From Verrucomicrobiota bacterium (GTDB taxonomy: Bacteria; Verrucomicrobiota; Verrucomicrobiia; Limisphaerales; AAA164-E04): a stretch of DNA of 64,000 nt. Location: positions 219,218 through 283,217 of the forward strand of contig CP170459.1 of the NCBI GenBank assembly GCA_047947115.1, in the 5' to 3' direction. The notes under the pieces are model-generated. The model made no database searches. It worked only from the letters and a program-made list of their open reading frames with translations, and was not told the origin of the DNA. The translations under genes were made by a program, and so were the position numbers. Positions 17,514-26,275 of this stretch are shown here, piece after piece. The first letter of the stretch is position 1, and each line of letters opens with the position of its first letter.

Positions 17514-18818
17514 ATGACGATCAAGTTGCGTGTTTACTTTTGGCTGGTCTGGATGCTTCTGGGCGGGATTTCGGCGTTGCTTGGAGCGGAAAATGAAGGC
17601 TCATGGCCACAATGGCGCGGCCCCGAAAGGGATGGGCGGTATGCAGGAAAGACCTGGCCTCAAGCCATCAACAAGGAAAACTTCAAGCAGGCATGGCATA
17701 TCAAACTCGCCCCCAGCTACAGCTCTCCGGTGGCAGACAAGGAAATGGTTTACACCACGGAATCGCTCCCCTCAGGCAAGGAACAAGTGACAGCCTACCA
17801 TCGGAACACAGGAGATCTCGCTTGGAGCCAAAGTTGGGAAGGAAGCATGAAAGTGCCGTTCTTCGCGGCGTCCAACGGAAGCTGGATACGCTCCACTCCC
17901 GCATTGGCAGACGGTAAAATGTTCGTCCTGGGCATGCAGGAACGACTTGTATGCCTTGATACCAAAACAGGAAAGAAACTTTGGGAGATGGACATCCCCA
18001 AGACCCTACAAACACCCGAGCCCGCATTCGGAGGCGTGTCTTCCCCCATGATGATCAACGGTTCCCTGTATGTGCAGGCAGGAGGAGGAATCATCAAGCT
18101 GGATACCAGCTCCGGCAATCTGGTCTGGACTTCCCGACTCTCCAATGATGCCATGAACCAAAGTCCGTTTGCCTCGCCACGCCTTCATTCGTTCGAAGGC
18201 AAAGAACAGATCATATCACTTGGCAGAACGTCACTGGCAGGCATCGACCCTCAAAACGGCGAACTGCTCTGGGAACAGGAAGTTCCCGCATTTCGAGGCA
18301 TGAACATTTTGACGCCGACATTCGTTGGAAAGGGTATCCTCACCGCAACCTACGGAGGAAAAACCCATTTGTTCACTCCGGAACAAAACCTGAACAAGGA
18401 CTGGACCGTCACCGAGTCATGGAATCAAAAGTTCCAGGGATACATGAGCAACCCGGTCATCATCGACGGACACGCCTACCTTCACGGCCGAAGTGGACGA
18501 ATGGTCTGCCTGAACACCGAAACGGGCGAGATCAACTGGACCTCAAAAGAAAGTCTTGGAAAATACTGTTCCATGATCTTTCAAGATAACCGCATACTGG
18601 CCCTCTCAAACGACGGCAAACTACGTCTCCTGACGGCCAATCCAAACGCATACGAAGTGCTATCCAGCCTGAAAATTTCCGAAGAAGATACCTGGGCCCA
18701 CATCGCCATGACCGACCGTCAAATCTTTATCCGATCTCTCAATTCACTGACTACCTGGCAATGGCAGGACTCCATAGCCCACTCAGACAGAACAGTCGCC
18801 ATCTCATCCCAAAAATAG
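17514..18818 (+). CDS. PQQ-like (BamB-type) beta-propeller repeat protein, secreted
   Basis: It has a signal peptide, then WPQWRGPERDGRY and repeated propeller blades (G.L.W). Confidence 0.75.
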   Translation: MTIKLRVYFWLVWMLLGGISALLGAENEGSWPQWRGPERDGRYAGKTWPQAINKENFKQAWHIKLAPSYSSPVADKEMVYTTESLPSGKEQVTAYHRNTGDLAWSQSWEGSMKVPFFAASNGSWIRSTPALADGKMFVLGMQERLVCLDTKTGKKLWEMDIPKTLQTPEPAFGGVSSPMMINGSLYVQAGGGIIKLDTSSGNLVWTSRLSNDAMNQSPFASPRLHSFEGKEQIISLGRTSLAGIDPQNGELLWEQEVPAFRGMNILTPTFVGKGILTATYGGKTHLFTPEQNLNKDWTVTESWNQKFQGYMSNPVIIDGHAYLHGRSGRMVCLNTETGEINWTSKESLGKYCSMIFQDNRILALSNDGKLRLLTANPNAYEVLSSLKISEEDTWAHIAMTDRQIFIRSLNSLTTWQWQDSIAHSDRTVAISSQK

Positions 18819-18883
18819 CAAGCCATTCAGCATGCTGCTTACCTTGAGCATGTTACGATTACAACTTACCAATGTTGATTCAG

Positions 18884-18926
18884 AAAAAAGCGGGCCGTCG
18901 ATACTTAGAACCGACAGCCCGCTTTA
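18884..18926. terminator. Bidirectional rho-independent terminator between convergent genes
   Basis: The sequence is aaaaaagcgggc...gcccgcttt, flanked by an A-run and a T-run. It lies 28 bp downstream of the csp stop on the minus strand. Confidence 0.6.
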
Positions 18927-18953
18927 CAATGTTATGACTTGTTCCTAGTGAAA

Positions 18954-19160
18954 TCAGCAGGAGACAACGTTGTTGGCACACGGCCCTTTCTGGCCCTGGC
19001 CTACTTCGAATTCGACGGCCTGACCGTCTGCTAATGTTGCATAGTTGCCACCACTTTTAATTTCTGAATGATGAACAAAGAGATCTTTGCCGCCATCATC
19101 AGGCGTAATGAAACCGAAACCCTTATCAGGATTGAACCACTTAACTGTACCTTTACTCAT
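18954..19160 (-). CDS. Cold-shock protein (CspA family)
   Basis: [34 protein letters not shown] contains the RNP1 and RNP2 motifs. A long AT-rich 5' leader lies upstream. Confidence 0.93.
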   Translation of the reverse strand: MSKGTVKWFNPDKGFGFITPDDGGKDLFVHHSEIKSGGNYATLADGQAVEFEVGQGQKGPCANNVVSC

Positions 19161-19392
19161 TAATATTACTTTGTACTATTGTTTTAACTAGAATGTCATG
19201 TTCCGAATCTACTGGAACAAACATCTATTGAACTCAGGGAGTGCCATCAAATCAGTAAGGACACTACCCATCAAGGAAACCATCTCACAAAAATTGCCGT
19301 CCGTCCATCTTTTAACACAAACCGTTTTTGCGTACTACAATTTACCGGGAACCACTCCTGCAGAGACCGGGAAGTCCCAGCATCCCAAAAGT

Positions 19393-19800
19393 TCATATGT
19401 CCCCAGTTTCAGGCAACCTTCCGGTCGTAAGAGTGAAACATGCCCCCAAGTCTCCTTCGACAGCCACTTGATCTTCCGTTTTGATGATTTTGCTATGGAG
19501 CCCTTGGTGCGGTCGCTGTTGGTTGTCATACATTTCCAATTCTAAAAGCTCACTCCGGAGAGACTGTCCTCCAGATAAAATCATCCGTTCAGCACACAAT
19601 TCCCATGCCGATCGAACCCAGCGCTCAGCAAACGCATTCAAGACAGGACTGCATGGTGGTCATTTGATTATCTCCCCCCTGTAACAACTCAAGTTGAACC
19701 GTATGCTGCCGGACGGATCGGTGGATTGTTGATGGCGAAAATGCCCCAACCACCATGTAGCGATCAAACATCCCGGAATGAATCAGCCGTGACTTCCACC
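19393..19800 (-). pseudogene. Decayed C-terminal fragment of a DDE (rve/integrase-core) transposase
   Basis: The ORF at 19393..19641 reads NAFAERWVRSAWELCAERMILSGGQSLRSELLELEMYDNQQRPHQGL, a typical rve C-terminal region. Upstream codons are interrupted by stops (...GEIIK*PPCSPVLNAFAERW). No N-terminal or catalytic part is present. The upper boundary is approximate. Confidence 0.6.
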
Positions 19801-19891
19801 TGTATGGTGACGGGATTCCCTATCCAATTTACTTTCCACTCAACCACAGGACTGTAACAATGGACCAGGTGGTCAAATGAACTCTTGTTAC

Positions 19892-20380
19892 ATGATGAAG
19901 TCTGAATTATTCCGTGCGCTGGCACTGATTCAAATGCTCCTGGCGACTCCGTTTGCAGCTGATGCTGTGGAGATTTTTGTGGCGAAAAATGGTGATGATC
20001 ACAACTCAGGAACACAAACACTCCCGCTTAAAACTATTGTGGCGGCACGCAACAAGGTTCGTGATCTAAGATCAAATGGCACATTGCAAGGCGAAGGAGC
20101 GATCGTTTCCATTCGTGGTGGAATCTACGAATGGACGGAACCTCTGCATCTGGACAAAGAAGATTCAGGCACCACGGACTCACCTGTCATCTACCGCGCG
20201 GCTCCTGGCGAAAAGGTACACCTGACAGGGGCACGCCGTGTTGTTGGTTTTGCCCCCGTCAGTGATACAAGGATTCTTGAAAGGATTCGACCAGAAGCGC
20301 GGGGTCATGTTCATGTAGCCGATTTGCGGGCAAATGGGATCGAGGATCTTGGAACGGTTGCAACCAAAGGAAAAACAATC
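19892..20380 (+). pseudogene. 5' part of a right-handed parallel beta-helix (pectate-lyase-fold) secreted protein gene, interrupted by ISL3
   Basis: The signal peptide is MMKSELFRALALIQMLLATPFAADA, followed by the typical IFVAKNGDDHNSGTQTLPLKTI start. The reading frame continues exactly at 21921 once the IS and one target-site duplication (TSD) are removed. Confidence 0.8.
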
Positions 20381-21912
20381 GGGTCTTCTCAAAAAAGAGT
20401 GGGTAAATTGAGCACGTCGGGATGCCCTATCGCTCTGTTCCAGTCCAGTAAAACATCAGCATAACTCCCCCGCTGACGCGGAGTCGGCCTTCGGCACTTA
20501 TATGATGTTTTCCTGGACTTCCACGACGCGAGAGGGCCTACGGGTGGTGTGGTTTTTCTCCAAGAAAAACCCAGAGGATTTTTATTCGAAAAGCATCGGC
20601 AATCTCCTCAACATGGCGTCGCCAAAACAAACCTCGTCAAAGAGTGCCGATGCTGTTGAAAACCTTGCTCAATCGTTGCCATAAATTCAAATCCTTTGTC
20701 TATCGCCAAGCATGCTTCCAGGAAGTTGAAGGAGTCGAAGCTATTGTCGTAAGCGTTGAACCACGGCAAAACAGCCGCCCAGTATGTTCAAAGTGCAATC
20801 GTAGTGCTTCCACCTATGACCATCGTCCTGGAAAACGAAAGTTTCGATTCATCCCCTTATGGGGGTGGCCGGTGTTTCTTGAATACCGGATGCGAAGAGT
20901 TAACTGCCCCAATGACGGTGTTGTCATCGAATCGGTTCCTTGGGCCAAAGGAAAAAGCCGGATAACCTGTGTCATGGAACACTTCCTTGCACAGTGGGCT
21001 CGGAAACTTTCATGGAAAGAAGTTGCCCAGACCTTTGAAGTCAGTTGGCAATCGGTGTATCGGTCCGTTGCTTCCATTGTTGAATACGGCTTGAAGCACA
21101 GGAGTTTGGACGATATTAATGCCATCGGAGTTGATGAGGTGCATTTTGGAAAGGGGCAAAAGTATCTGACGGTGGTTTACCAGATAGATCAAGGCACGCG
21201 CCGATTGTTAAGCGTCACCAAGGAGAGAACCGAGCAATCCCTTCGGGATTTTTTTAAGATCCTCACTCAAAAGCAACTTGAGTCCATTCAATTTGTTTGT
21301 TCGGACATGTGGAAACCTTATCTCAATGTGATTAAGGAAAAACTCGAACACGCCCTCCACGTGTTGGATCGCTTCCATATCGTAGCCAATCTGAACAAAG
21401 CAATCAATGAAGTCAGGGCGGTCGAAGCGCGTAAGATGCGTCAGGACGGATACCAGGAAGTGCTTAAACACACCAAATACTGCTTTCTCAAACGTCGTGA
21501 GAACCTCACGCCCAATCAAAAGATTAAGCTGGAGGAAGTCCTCCAGTATGATCTGAAAAGTGTTCGGGCATTTTTGCTCAAAGAAGCATTTGAGTTCTTT
21601 TGGAATTACACTAGCCCATATTGGGCTGAGTGGTATTTGAACAAGTGGTGCACCAGAGCTATGCGCTCACGTCTGGAACCCATCAAGAAATTTGCCAGCA
21701 GCCTACGAAAACATCAGCCGCTGATCCTGAATTGGTTCAGGGCCAAAAAGACTATTTCGTCGGGAGTTGTTGAGGGTTTGAACCGCAAAATAAATCTGAC
21801 TACCAGAAAAGCCTACGGCTATCGTAGCTTTGAAGTGCTTAAAATAGCCCTTTTTCACACAATGGGTGAACTACCCGAACCTAAATTTACCCACAGATTC
21901 TGAAGAAGAGGC
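20381..21912 (+). mobile_element. Intact ISL3-family insertion sequence (1532 bp) with about 30-bp imperfect TIRs and 8-bp target-site duplication
   Basis: The left end is GGGTCTTCTCAAAAAAGAGTGGGTAAATT. The reverse complement of the right end is GCCTCTTCTTCAGAATCTGTGGGTAAATT (21/30 identical). AAACAATC is present at 20373-20380 and again at 21913-21920. Confidence 0.9.
20644..21903 (+). CDS. ISL3 family transposase
   Basis: The 419 aa product has a zinc-finger-like N-terminus (CSKCNRS...RVNCPNDG) and the DDE_Tnp_ISL3 pattern (IGVDEVHFGKGQKYLTVV, VCSDMWKPY, DRFHIV, NSGVVEGLNRKINLTTRKAYGYRSFE). Confidence 0.93.
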   Translation: MPMLLKTLLNRCHKFKSFVYRQACFQEVEGVEAIVVSVEPRQNSRPVCSKCNRSASTYDHRPGKRKFRFIPLWGWPVFLEYRMRRVNCPNDGVVIESVPWAKGKSRITCVMEHFLAQWARKLSWKEVAQTFEVSWQSVYRSVASIVEYGLKHRSLDDINAIGVDEVHFGKGQKYLTVVYQIDQGTRRLLSVTKERTEQSLRDFFKILTQKQLESIQFVCSDMWKPYLNVIKEKLEHALHVLDRFHIVANLNKAINEVRAVEARKMRQDGYQEVLKHTKYCFLKRRENLTPNQKIKLEEVLQYDLKSVRAFLLKEAFEFFWNYTSPYWAEWYLNKWCTRAMRSRLEPIKKFASSLRKHQPLILNWFRAKKTISSGVVEGLNRKINLTTRKAYGYRSFEVLKIALFHTMGELPEPKFTHRF

Positions 21913-21920
21913 AAACAATC

Positions 21921-23453
21921 GAACTGTTCTTTCGCGACAAACCCATGCAGCTTTCCCGTTGGCCTGATACGGGGTTTGTCCAAATCAAAGACGTGGTCGG
22001 AAACTCCACCTTCAAGTCCCATGGAATTCCTGGCACCAAAGAAGGTTGGTTCACCTATGAGGAAAATCGTCAGAGCCAATGGAACAAGGAGAATGATGCC
22101 TGGCTGCATGGTTATTGGTTTTGGGATTGGTCTGATTCGTTTGAGCAAATAGAGTCCATCGATCCGGCAACCAAAACGATCAAACTCCATTCCCCCTACC
22201 ACCATTATGGCTATCGAAACGGGCAACGATATTATGCACTCAATCTGTTGGCCGAACTCGATCAACCGGGCGAATGGTACATAGATCGCCAAACAAACCT
22301 GCTCTACTCTTGGCCGCCGGATACCATGCAAGACGGAGACGTTCGTGTTTCAGTGCTTTCAAATCTTGTTCAAATGGAATCGTGCGAGGGTGTTGTTTTC
22401 CGCGATCTTATCTTTGAAGGGACCCGATCGACTGCCATCGAAATCAACGAATCCAAGGACTGTCGAGTTGAGCAATGCACCGTTCGCAACACGGGTAGCT
22501 GGGGTGTGGTCATTAGCGGCGGATCTCATTGCGAGGTTAAGGATAGCGAACTTTACGCATTGGGTGAGGGTGGGATTTCCCTTAGCGGCGGTGACCGTCC
22601 TACGCTGACTCCGGCCGGGCATGCGAGCATCAACAATCATATTCACCATTTTGGAAGAATCTATCGCACCTATCGTCCCGCCGTGGGCGTTTCAGGTGTA
22701 GGCAATCGAGTCGCTCAGAACGAAATTCATGACGGACCTCACAACGCCATTCAACTGGGCGGGAACGATCATATCATCGAGTTGAATGAAATCTACAAGG
22801 TATGCTTTGAAACGGGAGATGTGGGCGCGTTTTACATGGGGCGTGACTGGACCCAGCGTGGCACGATCATCCGACATAATTACTTCCACGACATCCGTGG
22901 TCCAGGTCTGCATGGGGCGATGGCAGTCTACCTGGATGATGCCGCCAGTGGAATACAGATCATCGGCAATGTCTTTTATCGCGCAGGTCGGGCCGCGTTC
23001 ATTGGTGGAGGTCGGGACAATCTTGTCCAAAATAATATCTTTGTTGATTGTGAACCTTCGGTCCATGTGGACGCCAGAGGCGTCGGCTGGATGCATGAGA
23101 CCATTTCAGGCATCATGCCGGAGCGCCTGAGAGCAGTACCCTATCGCCAGTCCCCATGGAAGGAACGTTATCCACAATTATTGACCCTTTTCGAAGACGA
23201 GCCGGGGAGACCCAAGTATAACGTCATTCGACGTAACATTTCCTGGGGTGGAACATGGCTCAATGCAGAAAAAGCAGCCAAACCCCTCATCACCTTTGAA
23301 AACAATTTAATCGATACGGATCCGCTTTTTGAGGGCAAACCACGCTCCACCAATGGCAACATCCTGGACTTCCGCCTCCCCCCCAATTCTCCCGCATTTG
23401 ACATTGGATTTGAAAAACTTCCCCTGGAGAAGATCGGACGACAAAACCGATGA
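21921..23453 (+). pseudogene. 3' part of the ISL3-interrupted beta-helix protein gene
   Basis: Parallel beta-helix repeats are present (TAIEINESKDCRVEQCTVRNTGSWGVVISGGSHCEVKDSELYALGEGGISLSGG, HDGPHNAIQLGGNDHIIELNEI). It is in frame with 19892..20380 across the insertion. Confidence 0.8.
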
Positions 23454-23560
23454 CATTACAGACTACAAATCGGCTCGTTCTTCATAAACCTCAGCTCGAC
23501 TATCATGTAGAAGCCTTCTCCAGACGATCCGCAATCCATACTTTGATGATGGACTGACGA

Positions 23561-24376
23561 GTGACGCCCAAGCGCTTCGCTTCTCGGTCCAGAGAGCCAA
23601 CTGTGGTCAAATACACTCGACTCAACTTCATGGTTCCAGTGCCTCAAGTACGGGATTTTGAAGAGCTCAATGCACAACTCAGGCAACAATGTCAGGAAGA
23701 ACTTAAACGTCGACTCAGGGGTAAATCCGATTCTAAAGAGGTTCTCCTAACTGAAGATCAGGCAGCCATGATTCCATTGCCTGCCAGCCCATTTGAAGCA
23801 GCTCGAAAAGTGTCTACCACAGCTAATTCCCTGTCTTTGGTGCGTTTTGATTGCAATGATTATTCTGTTCCGGTCTGCTGGGCGCATCATCCCATCGTTG
23901 CCAAAGGATTTTGCTGGGAAGTATTCCTTTATGCACAAGGACAAGAAGTTGCTCGTCATTCGCGGATTTGGGACAAGGAAAAAGTTAAGTTTGAACCAGT
24001 GCATTACTTGGCGTTGTTGGAACGTAAACCTGGTGCATTAGATCACGCGTTACCGCTGGATAAATGGGAACTACCGGAAACGTTCACCACTCTGCGAAAA
24101 CGCCTGGAAAACCAATACGGGGGTGAAGGTGTTCGAGAGTATATCAAAATCCTTCGCTTACTGGAGAAGCATTCCATGCCAGCGTTGGTGCGCGCATTAT
24201 CCAAGGCTCTGGAGTATGGAGCTATCACCCGAGATGCGGTGGCTCAGTTTTTGTGTCCTCAAGAGACATGGTGTGAACAAACCTTCAACCTGGATGGGCA
24301 TCCTCATTTGAAACATGTTTGGGTCAAAGCACCGGACTTGAGTGAGTATGCCCAATTGGTGGGAGGTGAACGATGA
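23561..24376 (+). pseudogene. istA: IS21 IstA transposase, C-terminal fragment only
   Basis: NFMVPVPQVRDFEELNAQL...SLSLVRFDCNDYSVPV...HYLALLERKPGALDHALPL matches the IstA C-terminal region. The HTH and DDE catalytic region is missing. Confidence 0.75.
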
Positions 24377-25348
24377 ACAAGGATGTACCAAATGTGCTGC
24401 TCGCTCACCATCTCAAGGCGCTCAAACTACCAACGATTTTAAGGGAATATGAATCGATGGCTCAGTTGTGCGCGAAGGAACGTAGTGGATATGCCGAGTT
24501 TTTGTTGCGATTAACCGAACGTGAATTGATCGAACGTGAGCAACGTGCTTCTGAAAGACGTATCCGGCAAGCGATGTTCCCGGTGTTAAAGACCCTGGAC
24601 AGCTTTGATTTTACGATGCAGCCCTCAATCAATGAAGCCAGTGTCCGAGAGTTGATAAGGGGTGAGTTTGTGCAACGTAAAGAAAATGTCCTATTGGTGG
24701 GCAATCCTGGCACAGGAAAATCCCACTTGGCGACAGCATTGGGACACGCTGCCTGCATGCAGGGACTCAAGGTAAAGTTTTTCAGTGTTACCGGACTGGT
24801 GACGACGCTACTGGAACATCGAGAAGAACGAACTTTGCAGCGTTTCAAAAAGCAGTTGGAGCGTTACCACTTGATCATTTTAGATGAACTGGGATACGTC
24901 CCGTTTTCAAAAACAGGAGCCGAACTGCTATTTGATGTTGTCAGTCGGGCCTACGAACGAACAAGTCTGGTAGTAACGACCAATTTGCCCTTTGAACAAT
25001 GGACAGAAGTCATGGGAAGCGAACGCCTCACGGGAGCCATGCTTGATCGCCTGACACATCGCGTTCATATCCTTGAAGCCAATGGGGAGAGTTATCGCCT
25101 GAAGGACTCCAAGAAACGAAAGAATAGGAAATCATGAATCCCAATCAGGAACGAAAGGGAGAGATGGGGGGGGCGCCCCGCAGGGCTTTCCTCCGCCTCC
25201 GCTACGCTCCGGCTCCGTCAATCCCTGCGAACCTCAGCCGAACGTAGCCCTACTGAAATCTTGACTCCAACCACCAATGGAACTAAACAACAATCAAGTG
25301 CCGCACTTTTCAACTGCCCCCCGCTGCACTTTTCGGCCGCCCTTCACA
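23590..25348 (+). mobile_element. 5'-truncated IS21-family element (partial istA, intact istB, right end)
   Basis: Only the C-terminal part of IstA is present. IstB is full length. The right end carries repeated GCACTTTTC motifs and ends ...CA at about 25348. The left boundary is approximate. Confidence 0.7.
24373..25137 (+). CDS. istB: IS21 helper ATPase IstB
   Basis: The Walker A motif is GNPGTGKSHLATALG and Walker B is LIILDELGYVP. The start overlaps the istA stop (ATGA). Confidence 0.9.
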   Translation: MNKDVPNVLLAHHLKALKLPTILREYESMAQLCAKERSGYAEFLLRLTERELIEREQRASERRIRQAMFPVLKTLDSFDFTMQPSINEASVRELIRGEFVQRKENVLLVGNPGTGKSHLATALGHAACMQGLKVKFFSVTGLVTTLLEHREERTLQRFKKQLERYHLIILDELGYVPFSKTGAELLFDVVSRAYERTSLVVTTNLPFEQWTEVMGSERLTGAMLDRLTHRVHILEANGESYRLKDSKKRKNRKS

Positions 25349-25548
25349 GATCAGTCGAATCCTTAAAAAATTGTATCAAAGGCGAACCTCAGAGTGATAT
25401 GGTTTCAGCTCCAACTGCCACTTTCGTCTGATATACGTTCCGACCAACCGATTTTTTCAAAGAAGTGGAACCGTTGAAATATCAACCATGTGGAAGAATG
25501 GATCCACCAACTCTGAACAATTTATTCCTACTTTTGGATTCTGGAAGC

Positions 25549-25722
25549 TTAAATTTTGCGTAACCAATTTAAGTAGAAACAATTGAGCGAATGAAAGGAC
25601 TGCTTGCGCGACAGCGCATATGTTAGTTTACCGGGAAACATTCTGGCAGAGGACGGGAGGCCCATGAATGAATGGCCATCAACGAGATCATCCTCAGCTG
25701 TACTGAGAATCTCGATATTCAT
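25549..25722 (-). pseudogene. RelE/ParE-family toxin remnant (only about 19 native codons, then runs into a repeat)
   Basis: MNIEILSTAEDDLVDGHSF resembles a ParE/RelE N-terminus. Its ATG overlaps the antitoxin stop (ATGA at 25719-25722). From about 25665 downward the sequence is the att-like repeat copy A. Confidence 0.45.
25583..25665 (-). repeat. Degenerate copy (A) of an 83-85 nt unit ending in a decayed tRNA-Gly 3' end
   Basis: It is about 70% identical to 26011-26095. Its terminal TTGAGCGAATGAAAGGA compares with the tRNA 3' end TGGAGCGGGTGAAGGGA. Confidence 0.6.
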
Positions 25723-25943
25723 TTCCGGACGCGTTTGCGAATGCGTTCTTTGGCTTCGTTCCAAGGAGAGAATTCAGCTTTACCCTCTTGAACCATAGCA
25801 TCACGACGTTCCAGCTCTTCTCGATGCCAATCGGGAGATTCAATTTCGCTCCCCCCATTTCGCAACTGCTCCCAAAGTGCTTCCATGGCCACGACGGCTT
25901 CAGTTGGCGAAAGAGTTTTAATCTGATCGATAACGCTCACCAT
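25719..25943 (-). CDS. Putative addiction-module antitoxin component (TIGR02574-like)
   Basis: The 74 aa product contains LSPTEAVVAMEALWEQL...DWHREELERRDAMVQEGKAEFSPWNEAKERIRKR, the characteristic pattern of this family. Confidence 0.7.
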   Translation of the reverse strand: MVSVIDQIKTLSPTEAVVAMEALWEQLRNGGSEIESPDWHREELERRDAMVQEGKAEFSPWNEAKERIRKRVRK

Positions 25944-26010
25944 GCCAGCATACGAAAGGTAGATGGGTGAATCAAGTAGAGTTCCTTGTTGGTTGCTGAA
26001 AGAGGGAAAA

Positions 26011-26095
26011 TGGAGCGGGTGAAGGGACCGCTTACGCGATAGCGTATTTCTTAGTTTACAGGGGAATGATTCTTGCGAAGGTCGGGAGCCCCATC
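26011..26095 (-). repeat. Copy (B) of the same unit, containing a perfect 17-nt duplicate of the tRNA-Gly 3' end (att-like)
   Basis: TGGAGCGGGTGAAGGGA at 26011-26027 is identical to 26135-26151, the 3' end of the tRNA gene on the minus strand. Confidence 0.7.
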
Positions 26096-26134
26096 TAACC
26101 CGCAGGGTTCGATGACATTCATCCGCGACTGAAA

Positions 26135-26208
26135 TGGAGCGGGTGAAGGGAATCGAACCCTCGTAGCCAGCTTGGAAGGCTGGAGCTTTACCACTAAGCT
26201 ACACCCGC
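26135..26208 (-). tRNA. tRNA-Gly (anticodon UCC)
   Basis: The hand-folded cloverleaf has acceptor GCGGGTG/CACCCGC and D arm GCTT-AGTGGTA-AAGC. The anticodon arm is CCAGC-CTTCCAA-GCTGG and the T arm is GAGGG-TTCGATT-CCCTT. The 3' CCA is encoded. Confidence 0.9.
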
Positions 26209-26275
26209 GCTTGGGAGTCACACTTTACCAAGGAAGCTTGCCTTGTCAATTCCTGGATGCTTATCTTTTTTGGAA

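Noticed and set aside
25140-25348. A G8 run and GC-rich direct repeats after istB that could be read as a separate repeat element.
   Set aside because: This is best explained as the normal multi-repeat right terminus of an IS21-family element (repeated GCACTTTTC, terminal CA).
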